Of a stretch of DNA of 64,000 bases, positions 39,391 to 49,675 are shown in pieces. Positions within the stretch are counted from its first letter, which is position 1; the number at the start of each line of letters is the position of its first letter. The notes under the pieces are model-generated. The model was not told the DNA's origin, ran no database searches, and saw nothing but the letters and a program-made list of their open reading frames with translations. The stretch comes from an uncultured delta proteobacterium (GTDB lineage: Bacteria > Desulfobacterota > Binatia > UBA9968). The translations under genes were made by a program, and so were the position numbers. The stretch is taken from the NCBI GenBank assembly GCA_963755715.1, contig CAVWLW010000024.1:1-64000 (forward strand), given 5' to 3'.

Positions 39391-40599
39391 GTGAAGGGAT
39401 ATGAAATTAGCACGGTCAAGCTTCTGGTGCCGATTGTCGCCGTGGCCATTCAAGCCAACTCCGCTTCTACCGTGATTCCGCCTTATCTCGATCACATGCG
39501 CATTCCCGTGGGGCTGATCGGCACATTGATTTCCCTGGCACCGCTGCTTGCACTTGCGTCACGGCTGCCAGTCGGAATGGCATACAATCATCAGCGCGCG
39601 CGGTTCCTGGTTTCGATCGCTATCCTGGTGATGGGCGCGACAAACTATCTCTATAGTTTCGCAACCGACAGTCTCAGCTTTGCGCTCGTACACTCGATGA
39701 ATGGTTTTGTCTATGGCGCCGTAACGACGCTCTATTTGGCGTTCTACGTCGACTCGCTCGCGCCGGATGAAAACCGCAACCACGCCATGGGTTATTACGT
39801 CGGCAGCTTGGCGATGGGTTATTCCACCGGAAATTTTTTCGGCGGCTTGATCGCGGACCATTGGGGTTATGCGCTGACGTTTCAGCTCGGCGCATTTCTT
39901 TCGCCGGTTTCCGCCGGCTTCCTTTGGTTCTTGCACCGAGCGGACGGTGGCACGAAGAGCGAGATAAAGAAGGCAAGCGGTAAACTGACCTGGTCCGAGT
40001 CGCTCAAAGCTCTGGTCGAGCCGGAGCTCGCTACGGTGGTCATCGTGGCGATGTTTTTGAACCTGCTGCACCAAATGGGCGGTGTGTTCATTTCGCTTTA
40101 TGGCTTGGCGGTGGGCATGACCTTGACGCAGATCGGCATCATTCGCGCCGCCTACGCCGGCTGCAACGCGGTGACGCGACCGATCAGCGGCCATGTCGTC
40201 AATAAATTGGGTCACAAAGGATTGTCCTACTTCGGCCTGCCGCTGCAATCTCTTATTCTCATGCTGATCCCGCTGTTCAGCGGCTTTGGGACGATTCTTT
40301 TGGTTTATGTCTGTTCCGGTTTCTTGCGCGCGATCGTGATTGTCGCCAACGCCGTGGGTTTGGTGCAGGATGTGCCGGAGTCGCGCGTGCGCCGCGGTCT
40401 CGCGTCCGGTGTCTATAATGCAGCGGGCGACCTTGGCAATATTCTCGGGCCGTCGATCGGTGGCTTGATCGCGCAGGCAACCGGAGTGGCCAGCGTTTTC
40501 GTGATCGGCTCGTTGGGATCGACGGCGCTGTTTTTTATCGTTGTATTCCTGGTGCGGCGGGTGAAGGGAACAGCGGAGTCGCAGAGTCTAGCGTCTTGA
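39391..40599 (+). CDS. MFS transporter
   Basis: About 12 hydrophobic segments with GPSIGGLIA. Confidence 0.88.
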   Translation: MKGYEISTVKLLVPIVAVAIQANSASTVIPPYLDHMRIPVGLIGTLISLAPLLALASRLPVGMAYNHQRARFLVSIAILVMGATNYLYSFATDSLSFALVHSMNGFVYGAVTTLYLAFYVDSLAPDENRNHAMGYYVGSLAMGYSTGNFFGGLIADHWGYALTFQLGAFLSPVSAGFLWFLHRADGGTKSEIKKASGKLTWSESLKALVEPELATVVIVAMFLNLLHQMGGVFISLYGLAVGMTLTQIGIIRAAYAGCNAVTRPISGHVVNKLGHKGLSYFGLPLQSLILMLIPLFSGFGTILLVYVCSGFLRAIVIVANAVGLVQDVPESRVRRGLASGVYNAAGDLGNILGPSIGGLIAQATGVASVFVIGSLGSTALFFIVVFLVRRVKGTAESQSLAS

Positions 40600-40646
40600 G
40601 TTTTAACGGCGAAGCCGAAACCGAGACCGAGACGGCGGAAGTAATG

Positions 40647-41808
40647 TCAGTATGACTTCGGCATTCCCAGAACATGCTGGCCGAGATAGGCCAGCACCAA
40701 ATTGTTACTGATGGGTGCCACGGTCAGCAGGCGCGTCTCTCGAAATTTTCGTTCCACATCGTATTCCGCAGCGAAGCCATAGCCGCCGTGCGTCGTGAGA
40801 CACGCGTTGGCGGCTTCCCATGCGGCTTCCGAGGCCAGATACTTTGCCAGATTGGCTTCCGCGCCGCATTTTTCCTTGCGATCGAATTTCGTCGCTGCTT
40901 GGAAGCGCACCAAATCCGCCGCTTCAATATTGGCGTAGGCTTTAGCGATAGGAAATTGAACGCCTTGATTCGAACCGATCGGTCGGCCGAAGACGTTTCG
41001 CTCGCTCGCATATTTCGCGGCGCGTTCGACGAACCAGCGGCCGTCGCCGATCGCTTCGGCGGCGACGAGGATACGCTCGGCATTCCAGCCGTCGATGATG
41101 TAACGAAAACCCTCTCCCTCGGTGCCGATCAAATTCTCAGCCGGCACTTCAACATTATCGAAAAAAAGCGCGTTCGTATGATGATTGATCATTAGATCGA
41201 GCGGCTTAACCTCCAGCTTTCCTTTAGCTTCTCTTAGGTCAACAATGAAGACGGAAAGTCCGAGAGTTTTGTCCTTTAGGTCATCGTACGGAGTCGTGCG
41301 TGCCAGGAGAAGCATGAGATCGGACTGCAAAACCCGGGAGATAAATATTTTCTGACCGTTGATAAAGTAGGTGCCGCCTTTGCGGGTTGCCATTGTCTGA
41401 ATCCGCGTGCTCTCGGAGCCGGCATTGGGCTCGGTGACGCCGAACGCTTGCAGGCGCAACTCGCCGGTGGCGATCTTGGGCAGATAGCGTTTTTTCTGCT
41501 CGGCGTTGCCATGACGGAGCAGCGTGCCCATGGTGTACATTTGCGCGTGGCACGCCGTGGCGACTCCGCCCGAGTGATTGATCTCTTCGAGGATAATGCT
41601 CGCTTCGGTGATGCCGAGGCCGGTGCCGCCGAACTCCTCGGGGATTAACGCGGCGAGCCAGCCGAGATCGGAAAGTTTGCGCACGAACGCGTCGGGGTAG
41701 GCTTTCTTGCTATCGATTTCGCGCCAGTAGGCATCAGGAAATTCTTTGCAGACCTTTCTTAATTTCCTCGCGGATCTGCTGCTGCTCGACGGTCAGGTTG
41801 AAATCCAT
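40647..41808 (-). CDS. Acyl-CoA dehydrogenase (frameshift near 5' end)
   Basis: MDFNLTVEQQQIRE start; CHAQMY, GVTEPNAGS, NGQKIF, NAERI and HGGYGFAAEYDVERKFRE. Confidence 0.93.
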
Positions 41809-41833
41809 CCCTACCTCCTATAATTAGCCGGTA

Positions 41834-41961
41834 TCAAGCTGCTGAAAGAGACTCATAGGCTTCGTTGCGCTCGTTCGCATCGCTTCAACGTACTCGCACT
41901 GTACGGTTCCGCTGGTCGATTCTTCGCGCGCCTCGCCGCTGAGGTCTCTTGAACAGCTTGA
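41834..41961. mobile_element. MITE/REP-like ~128-bp element with terminal inverted repeats
   Basis: Left TCAAGCTGCTGAAAGAGACTCA; right end reverse complement TCAAGCTGTTCAAGAGACCTCA; non-coding interior. Confidence 0.6.
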
Positions 41962-42027
41962 AAGAGCGCTTCCGCGCTCCGCTGAACTATAGCGTAATGC
42001 TGTTATTGTCAAAAGAGGAGGAACGTC

Positions 42028-42537
42028 ATGGCCGTCAAAGCAGGTTGGGAAGGCCGGTTCTTTGAAGATTTTGAGGTCGGCGATGTCTATCGTTGCCGCC
42101 TGGGGCGAACCGTGACCGAAACGGACAATACCTGGTTCACACTATTGACGAACAATCCCAATCAACTCCATTTCAACAACGAATATGGCAAGCGCACCGA
42201 ATTTGGCAAGTGTTTGATCAATAGCGCGTTGACGCTCGCCATCGTCGCCGGCTTAGGCGTGTCGGACGTCAGCGAGAATGGTTTTGCGCTGGGCTGGGAC
42301 GAAATCAAACTGCCCAATCCGCTTTTTGCCGGTGACACGCTTTATTCGGAGTCGGAAGTTTTGGAGAAACGCGAGTCCAAATCCAAGCCGCAATGGGGCA
42401 TTATCAAGGTGCGCACGCGCGGCATTCAACAGGAAGGCAAAGTCGTGATCGACTACGCGCGCAGCGTGATGGTGTGGAAGAAAGCGCATGCGCCGAAGAA
42501 CGATTTATTTCCTGAGATCAAGGAAGATCGGAAATAA
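42028..42537 (+). CDS. MaoC-family (R)-hydratase
   Basis: GRFFEDFEVG, RTVTETDN, QLHFN and PLFAGDTL. Confidence 0.92.
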   Translation: MAVKAGWEGRFFEDFEVGDVYRCRLGRTVTETDNTWFTLLTNNPNQLHFNNEYGKRTEFGKCLINSALTLAIVAGLGVSDVSENGFALGWDEIKLPNPLFAGDTLYSESEVLEKRESKSKPQWGIIKVRTRGIQQEGKVVIDYARSVMVWKKAHAPKNDLFPEIKEDRK

Positions 42538-42569
42538 ATCGCGTTCAAATCGTTAGAACGAGAGAAGAG

Positions 42570-43775
42570 GTGAGTGTGGCAGGCGATTCAAAACCTTCGC
42601 GCGCGTTAGATGGAGTCAAGATTTTAGCTTTCGAGCAGGTGCTGTCGGGACCTTTTGCTACTTGTTTGCTTGCCGACATGGGCGCGGAGGTCATCAAAGT
42701 CGAACGGCCGGGTGTCGGCGACGTGATCCGCTCTTGGGATTCGGTCGTGAAGGGATTGTCTTCCGGTTACGTTTGGCTCAACCGCAACAAACGGAGCCTG
42801 ACTGTCGACGTTAAAAAAGAACAAGGCCGCGAGATTCTCCAGAAGTTGGCAAAGCGATCGGATATATTTTTTGAAAACTACGCGCCCGGCGTCGCGGGAC
42901 GTTTGGGACTTGGTTACGAAAAGCTGAGCGAACTTAATCCACGACTGATTTACTGTTCGCTCTCGGGCTACGGCCAAGACGGTCCGTATCGGGACGTCAA
43001 GGCGTACGACTTACTGATTCAAGGCGAGGGCGGCATCATCGCCACCACCGGTTATCCCGACAAACCTGCACGCGCGGGCATTGCGATCGCCGACATCGCT
43101 TCCGGCATGTACGCGGCCATCGGAATTCTTCTTGCGCTTTACCAGCGAGAAAAAACCGGTGAGGGGCAGTTGATCGACGTTTCGATGCTCGACTCGATCG
43201 TCTCCTGGCTAGGTTATTTTCCGCATCACTATTGGCATGCCGGGGAAGAGCCCGCGCGGGTGGGCATGCGCCACCACTACGTCACGCCTTATGGTCCGTA
43301 TCTTGCCGGCGACGGCGAGTATGTGAATCTCGCGGTGGCGAGCGCTTCGGACTGGGAAGTGTTTTGCAAAAAAGTCATCGAGAAGCCGGAGCTACTCTCC
43401 GACGATCGCTTTGCCAGCGTCGAAGGTCGGCGGAAGAATCGCGGAGTTTTGGAAGAAACCATCGAGAACATTTTTCTTGAAAAAGATCACAAGCATTGGC
43501 TCGATCAGCTCAAGAAAGCCGACCTGCCGCACGGCATCGTGCGCGGCATCGCGCAAGTGCTCGCTCATCCGCAAGTCGCGGCACGCAAGCTCATTCGCGA
43601 GGCTGAATCACCGGTAGGCAAGGTCCCCGTGATTGCCAACGCGCTCAAAATGTCGCGCAGCGATGCGCGCTATGACCGCATTCCCGGATTGGGCGAAGAC
43701 AGTGGGACCATCCTGAGCGAGTTGGGTTACACCGGGGAAGCCATCGAAGCCCTAAAGCGAGAGAAAGTCATTTAA
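42570..43775 (+). CDS. Family III CoA-transferase (CaiB/BaiF)
   Basis: LADMGAEVIKVE, NRNKRS, SGYGQDGP, AYDLLIQ and IADIASG. Confidence 0.95.
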   Translation: MSVAGDSKPSRALDGVKILAFEQVLSGPFATCLLADMGAEVIKVERPGVGDVIRSWDSVVKGLSSGYVWLNRNKRSLTVDVKKEQGREILQKLAKRSDIFFENYAPGVAGRLGLGYEKLSELNPRLIYCSLSGYGQDGPYRDVKAYDLLIQGEGGIIATTGYPDKPARAGIAIADIASGMYAAIGILLALYQREKTGEGQLIDVSMLDSIVSWLGYFPHHYWHAGEEPARVGMRHHYVTPYGPYLAGDGEYVNLAVASASDWEVFCKKVIEKPELLSDDRFASVEGRRKNRGVLEETIENIFLEKDHKHWLDQLKKADLPHGIVRGIAQVLAHPQVAARKLIREAESPVGKVPVIANALKMSRSDARYDRIPGLGEDSGTILSELGYTGEAIEALKREKVI

Positions 43776-43813
43776 CTCACTGCCGGCGGTGTGAGACTGG
43801 ATCGGCGACCGAA

Positions 43814-44395
43814 GTGATAAAGTCATCTGCGCGCAAGGTAGTCGTTGGCGTCATGGGCGCATCTGCAAACGATGCGTTCAGCGCGGCAGAGGCGCATCGC
43901 GTCCAAGCGCTCGCCGAAGGTCTCGGCGCTGCGATCGCGCGCGCGGGTTGTATTCTGATCACGGGCGCGACGACGGGATTGCCGGACTTAGTGGCGCAAG
44001 CATGTCGCAATAATGGCGGTTTTGCGCTCGGAGTCTCGCCGGCGGAGAATCGCAATGAGCACGTCGGGCGCTATGGTTTGCCCGACGACGGTGCCGATGT
44101 GATTATTTATACCGGCTTCGGCTACAAAGGGCGCAACGTCATCAACGTCCGCTCGGCGGACATCGTGTTGATCATCGGTGGCGCCACTGGCACGCTCAAC
44201 GAGTTCACCATCGCCTACGACGAAGGGAAGATCATCGGCGTGCTCGAAGGCAGCGGTGGTGTTGCCGATCATCTCAACGAGATCATCGAGTTCTGCAAGA
44301 AACCGAGTGCTGGAGCGGTATTCCTCGACCGCGATCCAGTGAAACTTGTAACGCGCTGTGTAGACGCTTTCGCTTCTTCACTGGCGGCGCTTTAA
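43814..44395 (+). CDS. LOG/SLOG family protein (TIGR00725-like)
   Basis: GVMG, TGATTGLP, TGFGYKGRN and GGATGTLNE. Confidence 0.85.
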   Translation: MIKSSARKVVVGVMGASANDAFSAAEAHRVQALAEGLGAAIARAGCILITGATTGLPDLVAQACRNNGGFALGVSPAENRNEHVGRYGLPDDGADVIIYTGFGYKGRNVINVRSADIVLIIGGATGTLNEFTIAYDEGKIIGVLEGSGGVADHLNEIIEFCKKPSAGAVFLDRDPVKLVTRCVDAFASSLAAL

Positions 44396-44986
44396 GGAGC
44401 CGCCGCCCGAGTCGTTGCCGCTGGTTTCGGCCGCGGGTTCTTTTGGCTTGCCAAGTATTCCTGCGTGAATTTTTTGAGCTGAGCGCTTTTGAGTCCGCTC
44501 CGACTGGCTTCTTCCACGGCTTTGTCTTCGCTCCATCCTTGTTCGACGATGCGAAAAATCAACATGAACGGCGCGACACGCTCGGCGAAGGCGCAGTTGA
44601 TCAGCATGGGGTGATTGGCCGGCTCCCTAACAAGATTTAGGAATTCATCCACTTGGTTGTGGCGTGGCAGTTTCACGGCGGCCGGGATGTTGAAATAGCT
44701 CAGTTTGTTTTGTTCGACGATAAAGCGCTCGCGCATCGGATCGACGCCGTCTTTAGGCGCTCGAAGGGTTAGTACAGAACGAAAACCGTTGGCGGCGGCC
44801 TTCGCGTAGGCCGAGTGCGTCGGCTGGCCGCCCACGGCAGGTTTGTCGTCGATGCAGAGCACGACCGGCGCTTCGACCTTCACCGAGCGTTCGAATTGGC
44901 TCGAGGAGCGGCTGCTCGGCCGAACTGGTTCGCGCCGGCGCCAAGAGCAGCGCGACGATAGCTAAAATTAGTTTTATATTTTTCAC
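44392..44986 (-). CDS. Secreted DUF442/PTP-like (Cx5R) phosphatase-fold protein, frameshifted
   Basis: Signal peptide in ORF 44753..44986; GGQPT and HPMLINCAFAERV. Confidence 0.75.
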
Positions 44987-45003
44987 AGAACGTGGGGGCA
45001 GCG

Positions 45004-45576
45004 CTATCGGGATTGCAGTTTTTGACTGGCAATATAATCTCTGGCGAATCTTTTCAGCCCCTCGCTGCTCAGGCCGATCTTGATCGCTTCATCCAGTGCC
45101 TTATCTTCACTCCAACCCTGGTCAACGACGCGCAAGATCATCATGAATGCGCCGACCCGATTGGCGCTGGCGCAGTTGACCAACATCGGGTGGTTGGCCT
45201 TGTCGCGAGCCAGGCGAAGAAACTCGTCGGCCTGTTCCGGGCGAGGCGATGCGCCGTTCACCGGGATATTGAAATAGCGCATCTTGGCATTTTCCACCTG
45301 GGCGCGCTCACGGACCAAATCGATGCCTTCACCGGCAGTGCGCAAGCTCAAGACCGCATGAAAGCCGCTAGCGGCGGCTTTGACGTAGGCGTCGCCGGTG
45401 GGTTGTGCTCCGGTGGCAAAGTTTTCGTCCAAGCACAATATCCGCGGCACGTCAGGACTCAAGATTTTCTGGATCTGATCCAGACGCGCGCGCTCCGCTT
45501 TCGGGGTTTCCGCTGCGCCGGCGGCGATAGCGATGCTGAAACTAATGACGGCGATGATTGTCAAAAAGGTTTTCAT
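45004..45576 (-). CDS. Secreted DUF442/PTP-like (Cx5R) phosphatase-fold protein
   Basis: MKTFLTII signal peptide; GAQPT and HPMLVNCASANRVGA. Confidence 0.82.
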   Translation of the reverse strand: MKTFLTIIAVISFSIAIAAGAAETPKAERARLDQIQKILSPDVPRILCLDENFATGAQPTGDAYVKAAASGFHAVLSLRTAGEGIDLVRERAQVENAKMRYFNIPVNGASPRPEQADEFLRLARDKANHPMLVNCASANRVGAFMMILRVVDQGWSEDKALDEAIKIGLSSEGLKRFARDYIASQKLQSR

Positions 45577-45599
45577 GGTGATCGGGCCCAGCAATGGTT

Positions 45600-46637
45600 T
45601 TACAGCTTGAACAAACCCGCGGCAGTTTTGCCGAGGATCGCGGTCTTGTCGGTGTCGGAGCAGGACGCTTGGCGAACCATATTGAGCGACTCGGTCAGAT
45701 TTGCCGCCGTCTTGCATTCCAGCGGGTAATCGCTGCCGAACATGATGCGATCGGCGGTCGTGATATTGAACGCCGCTGCCATCGCCGGCAACCACGCGCC
45801 CGTGCCAGCAGTATCGAAATAGAGGCGCTGAAAAAGTTTTTCAAAGCGTTCGGTAAGGCCGAATCTTTTTTGCTCCGCCTGAGTTTTTAGGTAACCTTTC
45901 ATGTCCGTGGGGATGTCCGCATCCTCGGTTTCGAAAAAAGCCATCATGCGCCCTTTGAGCGAAGAGGTGGCGCCGCCCAGATGCGGCATGATGAAGCGCA
46001 GCTCCGGATAGCGCGGCAAGACGCTGTTCATGACGCGCACGATCGCCTGCGTGGTTTCCAAGGGCCGGAACACGCAGCGGTCTAAGTTGTAAAGGGTGTC
46101 TGAGCCGGTCGGCTTCGACTGGGGATGAATAACGATCGGTAGATTGCTTTTCTGAATGGTCTCGAAGAGCGGGTTCATGACCGGATTGTCGAGTTGGACG
46201 TCGAGATGACAGGCAAGCAGCGCGACCGCGCGCAAGCCCAGTTCGTGGATGCCCCGTTCGAGCTCGCGCTTGGCGGCTTCGGGTTCGTGAACTGGCAGGT
46301 GAATGCAGCCGCGGAAGCGCCGCGGATGTTTTTTTTCGACTTCGGCGATGCCGTCGTTGAGAGAGCGAGCGACTTCGGCGCCCATCACCTGCACCTGGTC
46401 CGTCAAAATTGAAACTGTGATGCCGGCTTCGTCCATGCATTGGATGTGCGCTTCGAGATCTTTGCGCGAGGGGTGAAGCGTCAAGCTGATTTCGTTCGTT
46501 ACGATACGTTTGCCGCCAGCCATTTTAGCGAGACGGTCGAACAACATTTCTGGCATGTAATGATGATGCACATCGACGATCAGTTCGGCTGCAGCCATAG
46601 TATCTAGGAACTCCTTGTCTGGGGTGATGTTGGTCAA
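45600..46637 (-). CDS. Amidohydrolase family 2 (decarboxylase/hydratase-like)
   Basis: DVHHH, IHP, PHLGG, YFDTA and FGSDYP. Confidence 0.9.
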   Translation of the reverse strand: MTNITPDKEFLDTMAAAELIVDVHHHYMPEMLFDRLAKMAGGKRIVTNEISLTLHPSRKDLEAHIQCMDEAGITVSILTDQVQVMGAEVARSLNDGIAEVEKKHPRRFRGCIHLPVHEPEAAKRELERGIHELGLRAVALLACHLDVQLDNPVMNPLFETIQKSNLPIVIHPQSKPTGSDTLYNLDRCVFRPLETTQAIVRVMNSVLPRYPELRFIMPHLGGATSSLKGRMMAFFETEDADIPTDMKGYLKTQAEQKRFGLTERFEKLFQRLYFDTAGTGAWLPAMAAAFNITTADRIMFGSDYPLECKTAANLTESLNMVRQASCSDTDKTAILGKTAAGLFKL

Positions 46638-46671
46638 CCTACGTCACGACGCATGTGACTGCAAGAGAGGT

Positions 46672-47406
46672 TTAGACGGATCGTGTCTGCGAATTTGCTA
46701 CTTCTGTCGAGGCGCGCAGAGGGATCAAATAGGAAGCGAACAATATGAATAACGGCATAATCACCGCGTGCACGAAGAAATCGGCCGGCGTCCAAGCGTA
46801 GCTCGCAAAATACGGTGAAGCGCAAGGCGGACATAGCCACATCAGCGGTCCGGCAAAATAAAAGGAATTTTGCACGCCGCCGAACATGAGCCTTTCCCCG
46901 AATAAGGCTGTGGCGCCACCGAGTGCGAATGTGCATGACACTAACCAGAGACGATCGAGCCACTTGTTCCAGAATCGAAAGAACAATGCGCCAAGAAGAA
47001 ACAAGTAGAGAAAATATGTATAGAGAATTAAGTGGAAAAGCTCGAGTGGGTCCGCGTGATATACCGAGTGCAGGCCGAAATTTTTGAACACCTGGACTGG
47101 ATGCGGCCGATCCCAGCGGAAGAATATCGCTTTGGAGGCGTAATCGGTAATTATTACTCCGAGCAGCAGCCGCATATAAAGCTTAGTTTCTCCCGCAGTC
47201 GGTTTTCGCCATGTTCCTCTGACGGGAAAATCGGGATGTGTCGTGGTAAGCAACCAGCAGCCGAGCAATACACCGGTCCAAATCAGCGCGTCTCGCAGCG
47301 CTTGTACGCGGTTTGCGCCGTCACTTGATGCTGCGCCAAGCCAAAGCGGCGCCACGAGCGCGAGCACCAAGCCGATGGCATAGTACTTTTTGAAAAATTC
47401 GATCAC
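46672..47406 (-). CDS. Membrane protein with divergent signal peptidase II (LspA)-like region
   Basis: ITDYASKA, LGGATALFGERLMFGGVQNSF and WTPADFFV echo the LspA motifs DQxxK, GGAxGNxxDRxxxGxVVDF and FNxAD. Confidence 0.55.
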   Translation of the reverse strand: MIEFFKKYYAIGLVLALVAPLWLGAASSDGANRVQALRDALIWTGVLLGCWLLTTTHPDFPVRGTWRKPTAGETKLYMRLLLGVIITDYASKAIFFRWDRPHPVQVFKNFGLHSVYHADPLELFHLILYTYFLYLFLLGALFFRFWNKWLDRLWLVSCTFALGGATALFGERLMFGGVQNSFYFAGPLMWLCPPCASPYFASYAWTPADFFVHAVIMPLFILFASYLIPLRASTEVANSQTRSV

Positions 47407-47407
47407 G

Positions 47408-48089
47408 TCAGAGCCCGCGCACGATTCCAGCTTCGCCTCGGCCGCTGCCTAATGCTTGCAGCAATTCCGGCGTGATTTCTTTTAGCGACGCACAAATCTT
47501 CGTTGCCTTGGAAAAATCGTGATGGCGCGTGTAGTCGTTCGGCACGGCGATGGAAAGCATGCCGGCAAGATGGGCGGCCAGGATGCCTTTCTCGGCGTCT
47601 TCCACGACTAAGCATTGCTCTGGCTCGACGCCGAGGTGCATGGGCGGCTTTGAGAAAAATGTCCGGCGCCGGTTTCACCTGTGCCACGTCCAGGCCGCTG
47701 ACGATCACCTCGAAATAATGGGCGATATCGAGGCCGGCCAAGACGCCGTCAATCGCGTCGCGGTAGGAGGAGGACGCGAGCGCGAGATGCATCTTACCGC
47801 GAATGGCTTCGAGCAGCTCGAGCGCGCCTTCCATCGGGCGGAGCGATGAAATCAAGAGATCCAAATAATGTTCGGCTTTGCGCAGGCGAAGCGAGTGAGG
47901 ATCCAAATCGAGCTTCTGCAGGGTGACCCAGTCGGCGATACCCTTGCCGAAGCGCACCCAGTGCTCGCAATAGTCCGTTTCGTCGAGCTCGACACCGTGC
48001 TCCAAAAGCGCCATTTGATAGGCGCGGCAATGTAACCGTTCAGTGTCTGCCAGGAGGCCGTCCAGATCGAATATAACCGTGCTGATCAT
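47408..48089 (-). CDS. HAD-family phosphatase (beta-PGM-like), frameshifted
   Basis: IFDLDGLLADTE, ASSS, KPAPDIFL and VVEDA. Confidence 0.9.
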
Positions 48090-48180
48090 AGTGAATTCGC
48101 AAAGCCAATTTTACTGTAATTTTGACCGGTTTTCATCCGTGCGGCGACAGAGCCATGAAGGTCCTCTAAGAGGAGTCAAT

Positions 48181-48217
48181 AAAAAAGGCCCAAGCTCTTA
48201 CGAGCCGGGGCCTTTTT
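48181..48217. terminator. Intrinsic (possibly bidirectional) terminator
   Basis: aaaaaaggccc-aagctc-ttac-gagc-cggggccttttt. Confidence 0.7.
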
Positions 48218-48239
48218 AGTTGATTTGGTGTTCAGTGAG

Positions 48240-48755
48240 TTACGACGGCTGGCCTTGCGAGCCGTGGAAATTCTCGTGACGAGAGCGAACCAGCGTTTTT
48301 AACTGATCTTGCTGCTGCGCCGACAGCACGGTACGGCCGTTCTCCAGAGCTTCGAGGCGCAAATAGCGCAGTTCGGAACGATACTTTTCGGTTTCCTGAA
48401 TCTTGGTTTTGACCTGGATCAAGTTAGCGGGTGTCTGCTGCATCAGACCGGCGATATCTTTTTCGATCGTCTGCAGTTGTTGGCTGAGCGGGGTAACTTG
48501 AGCCTGATAATGGCTTTTGATTTGTTCCAACTTGGCGACCTGGTCAGTCGTCAAATTGAGCTCGCTCTTGTGGTTAAGAGCAATCGTGATCAGCGGCGCT
48601 CCGCTAAACGGTCCAAACATGCGGTCACCGCGAGCAAAGGGCCTTTTAGTCGGCTGAGCTGTTTCCGGTCCCGCCGCGAGCGGGGCAGTGACTAAAGCGC
48701 CGGCTGCTAAAACCGCAAATGCACTACCCAATATAAACTTCCGAATCTTTTTCAT
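48240..48755 (-). CDS. Spy/CpxP family periplasmic chaperone-like protein
   Basis: Signal peptide; LTxxQ motifs ELNLTTDQ and VLSAQQ. Confidence 0.82.
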   Translation of the reverse strand: MKKIRKFILGSAFAVLAAGALVTAPLAAGPETAQPTKRPFARGDRMFGPFSGAPLITIALNHKSELNLTTDQVAKLEQIKSHYQAQVTPLSQQLQTIEKDIAGLMQQTPANLIQVKTKIQETEKYRSELRYLRLEALENGRTVLSAQQQDQLKTLVRSRHENFHGSQGQPS

Positions 48756-48789
48756 AGTTTCTCCTTAAAAAGTTCTTGATTCTTGCGAG

Positions 48790-48816
48790 TTAGACGAAGG
48801 GCCGCTAGAAAAGTTT
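48790..48816 (-). promoter_or_regulatory. ECF sigma (RpoE/AlgU-like) promoter
   Basis: Minus strand reads AAACTT-N16-TCTAA upstream of the Spy/CpxP-like gene. Confidence 0.55.
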
Positions 48817-49049
48817 ACCAAGCCTCCCCGCCTAACGGATGGCAGTTAGGAGAGCGCCTAATTTACCATCGACAAAAAGATACTTAAGTAGGTATTCTTG
48901 TTGTTTTCAAAGTGGTTGCAGCTAAAACATCGACAATTGATTGAATCCTAGGTCGGTTTGTCGTTGGGCTTGCATCCGCACTCGCTCATCCATTAGATAG
49001 ATTCTAGATAGATTCGGTGGCGGCAGATTTATTTCCGAAGGGAGAAACA

Positions 49050-49511
49050 ATGGAGATCGAAAAGAAACTGAAAAGCCTAGGCTTTGACCTGCCCAATCCG
49101 CCGGTGCCGGCGGCGAACTACATCGGCTCGGTGCGGGTGGGCAATCTATTGTTCGTCGGCGGCAACATCGGACGCATCAACGGCACGCTTAAATATCGGG
49201 GCAAAGTCGGCGGCGCGGTGACTTTGGAACAGGCCTACGAGGCTGCGCGTAATTGCGCGCTCAATCATCTCGCGCTCATGAAAGCGGCGCTAGGCGATCT
49301 CGATAGAGTGGAGCGGATCGTGAAAGTGCTCGGCTATGTCAACGTCGCGCCAGGATTCACCGAGATGCCGAAGGTTGTGAACGGCGAGTCGGACTTGCTG
49401 GTGCAGCTTTGGGGCGAGCAGGGTCAGCACACGCGCGCCGCAGTGGGCGTGGCGGCGCTCAGCCAGGATTCACCGGTAGAAACCGAAGTCACGGTGCAGG
49501 TGAAAGAATAG
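49050..49511 (+). CDS. RidA/YjgF family protein
   Basis: PVPAANY, GKVG, VNGESDLL and HTRAAVG. Confidence 0.92.
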   Translation: MEIEKKLKSLGFDLPNPPVPAANYIGSVRVGNLLFVGGNIGRINGTLKYRGKVGGAVTLEQAYEAARNCALNHLALMKAALGDLDRVERIVKVLGYVNVAPGFTEMPKVVNGESDLLVQLWGEQGQHTRAAVGVAALSQDSPVETEVTVQVKE

Positions 49512-49675
49512 ACCACGCGGAGATCATTGGATCATCTAGGAGCGCGCTTGGATCAATACGCAATTGGCGCGCCCTTGACTTGGTCCTCGGCGATCCGTCT
49601 TGCCTGGCGAAAAACTCGCAAAGAAAGCGGGCTGCTTGATCGGCGCTCGCTCCCAGCCATGCGATGACGTAGCTC

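Noticed and set aside
43814-44395. SLOG protein as part of a defence system
   Set aside because: It looks like the ordinary stand-alone LOG/TIGR00725 type in a metabolic context, with no effector partner.
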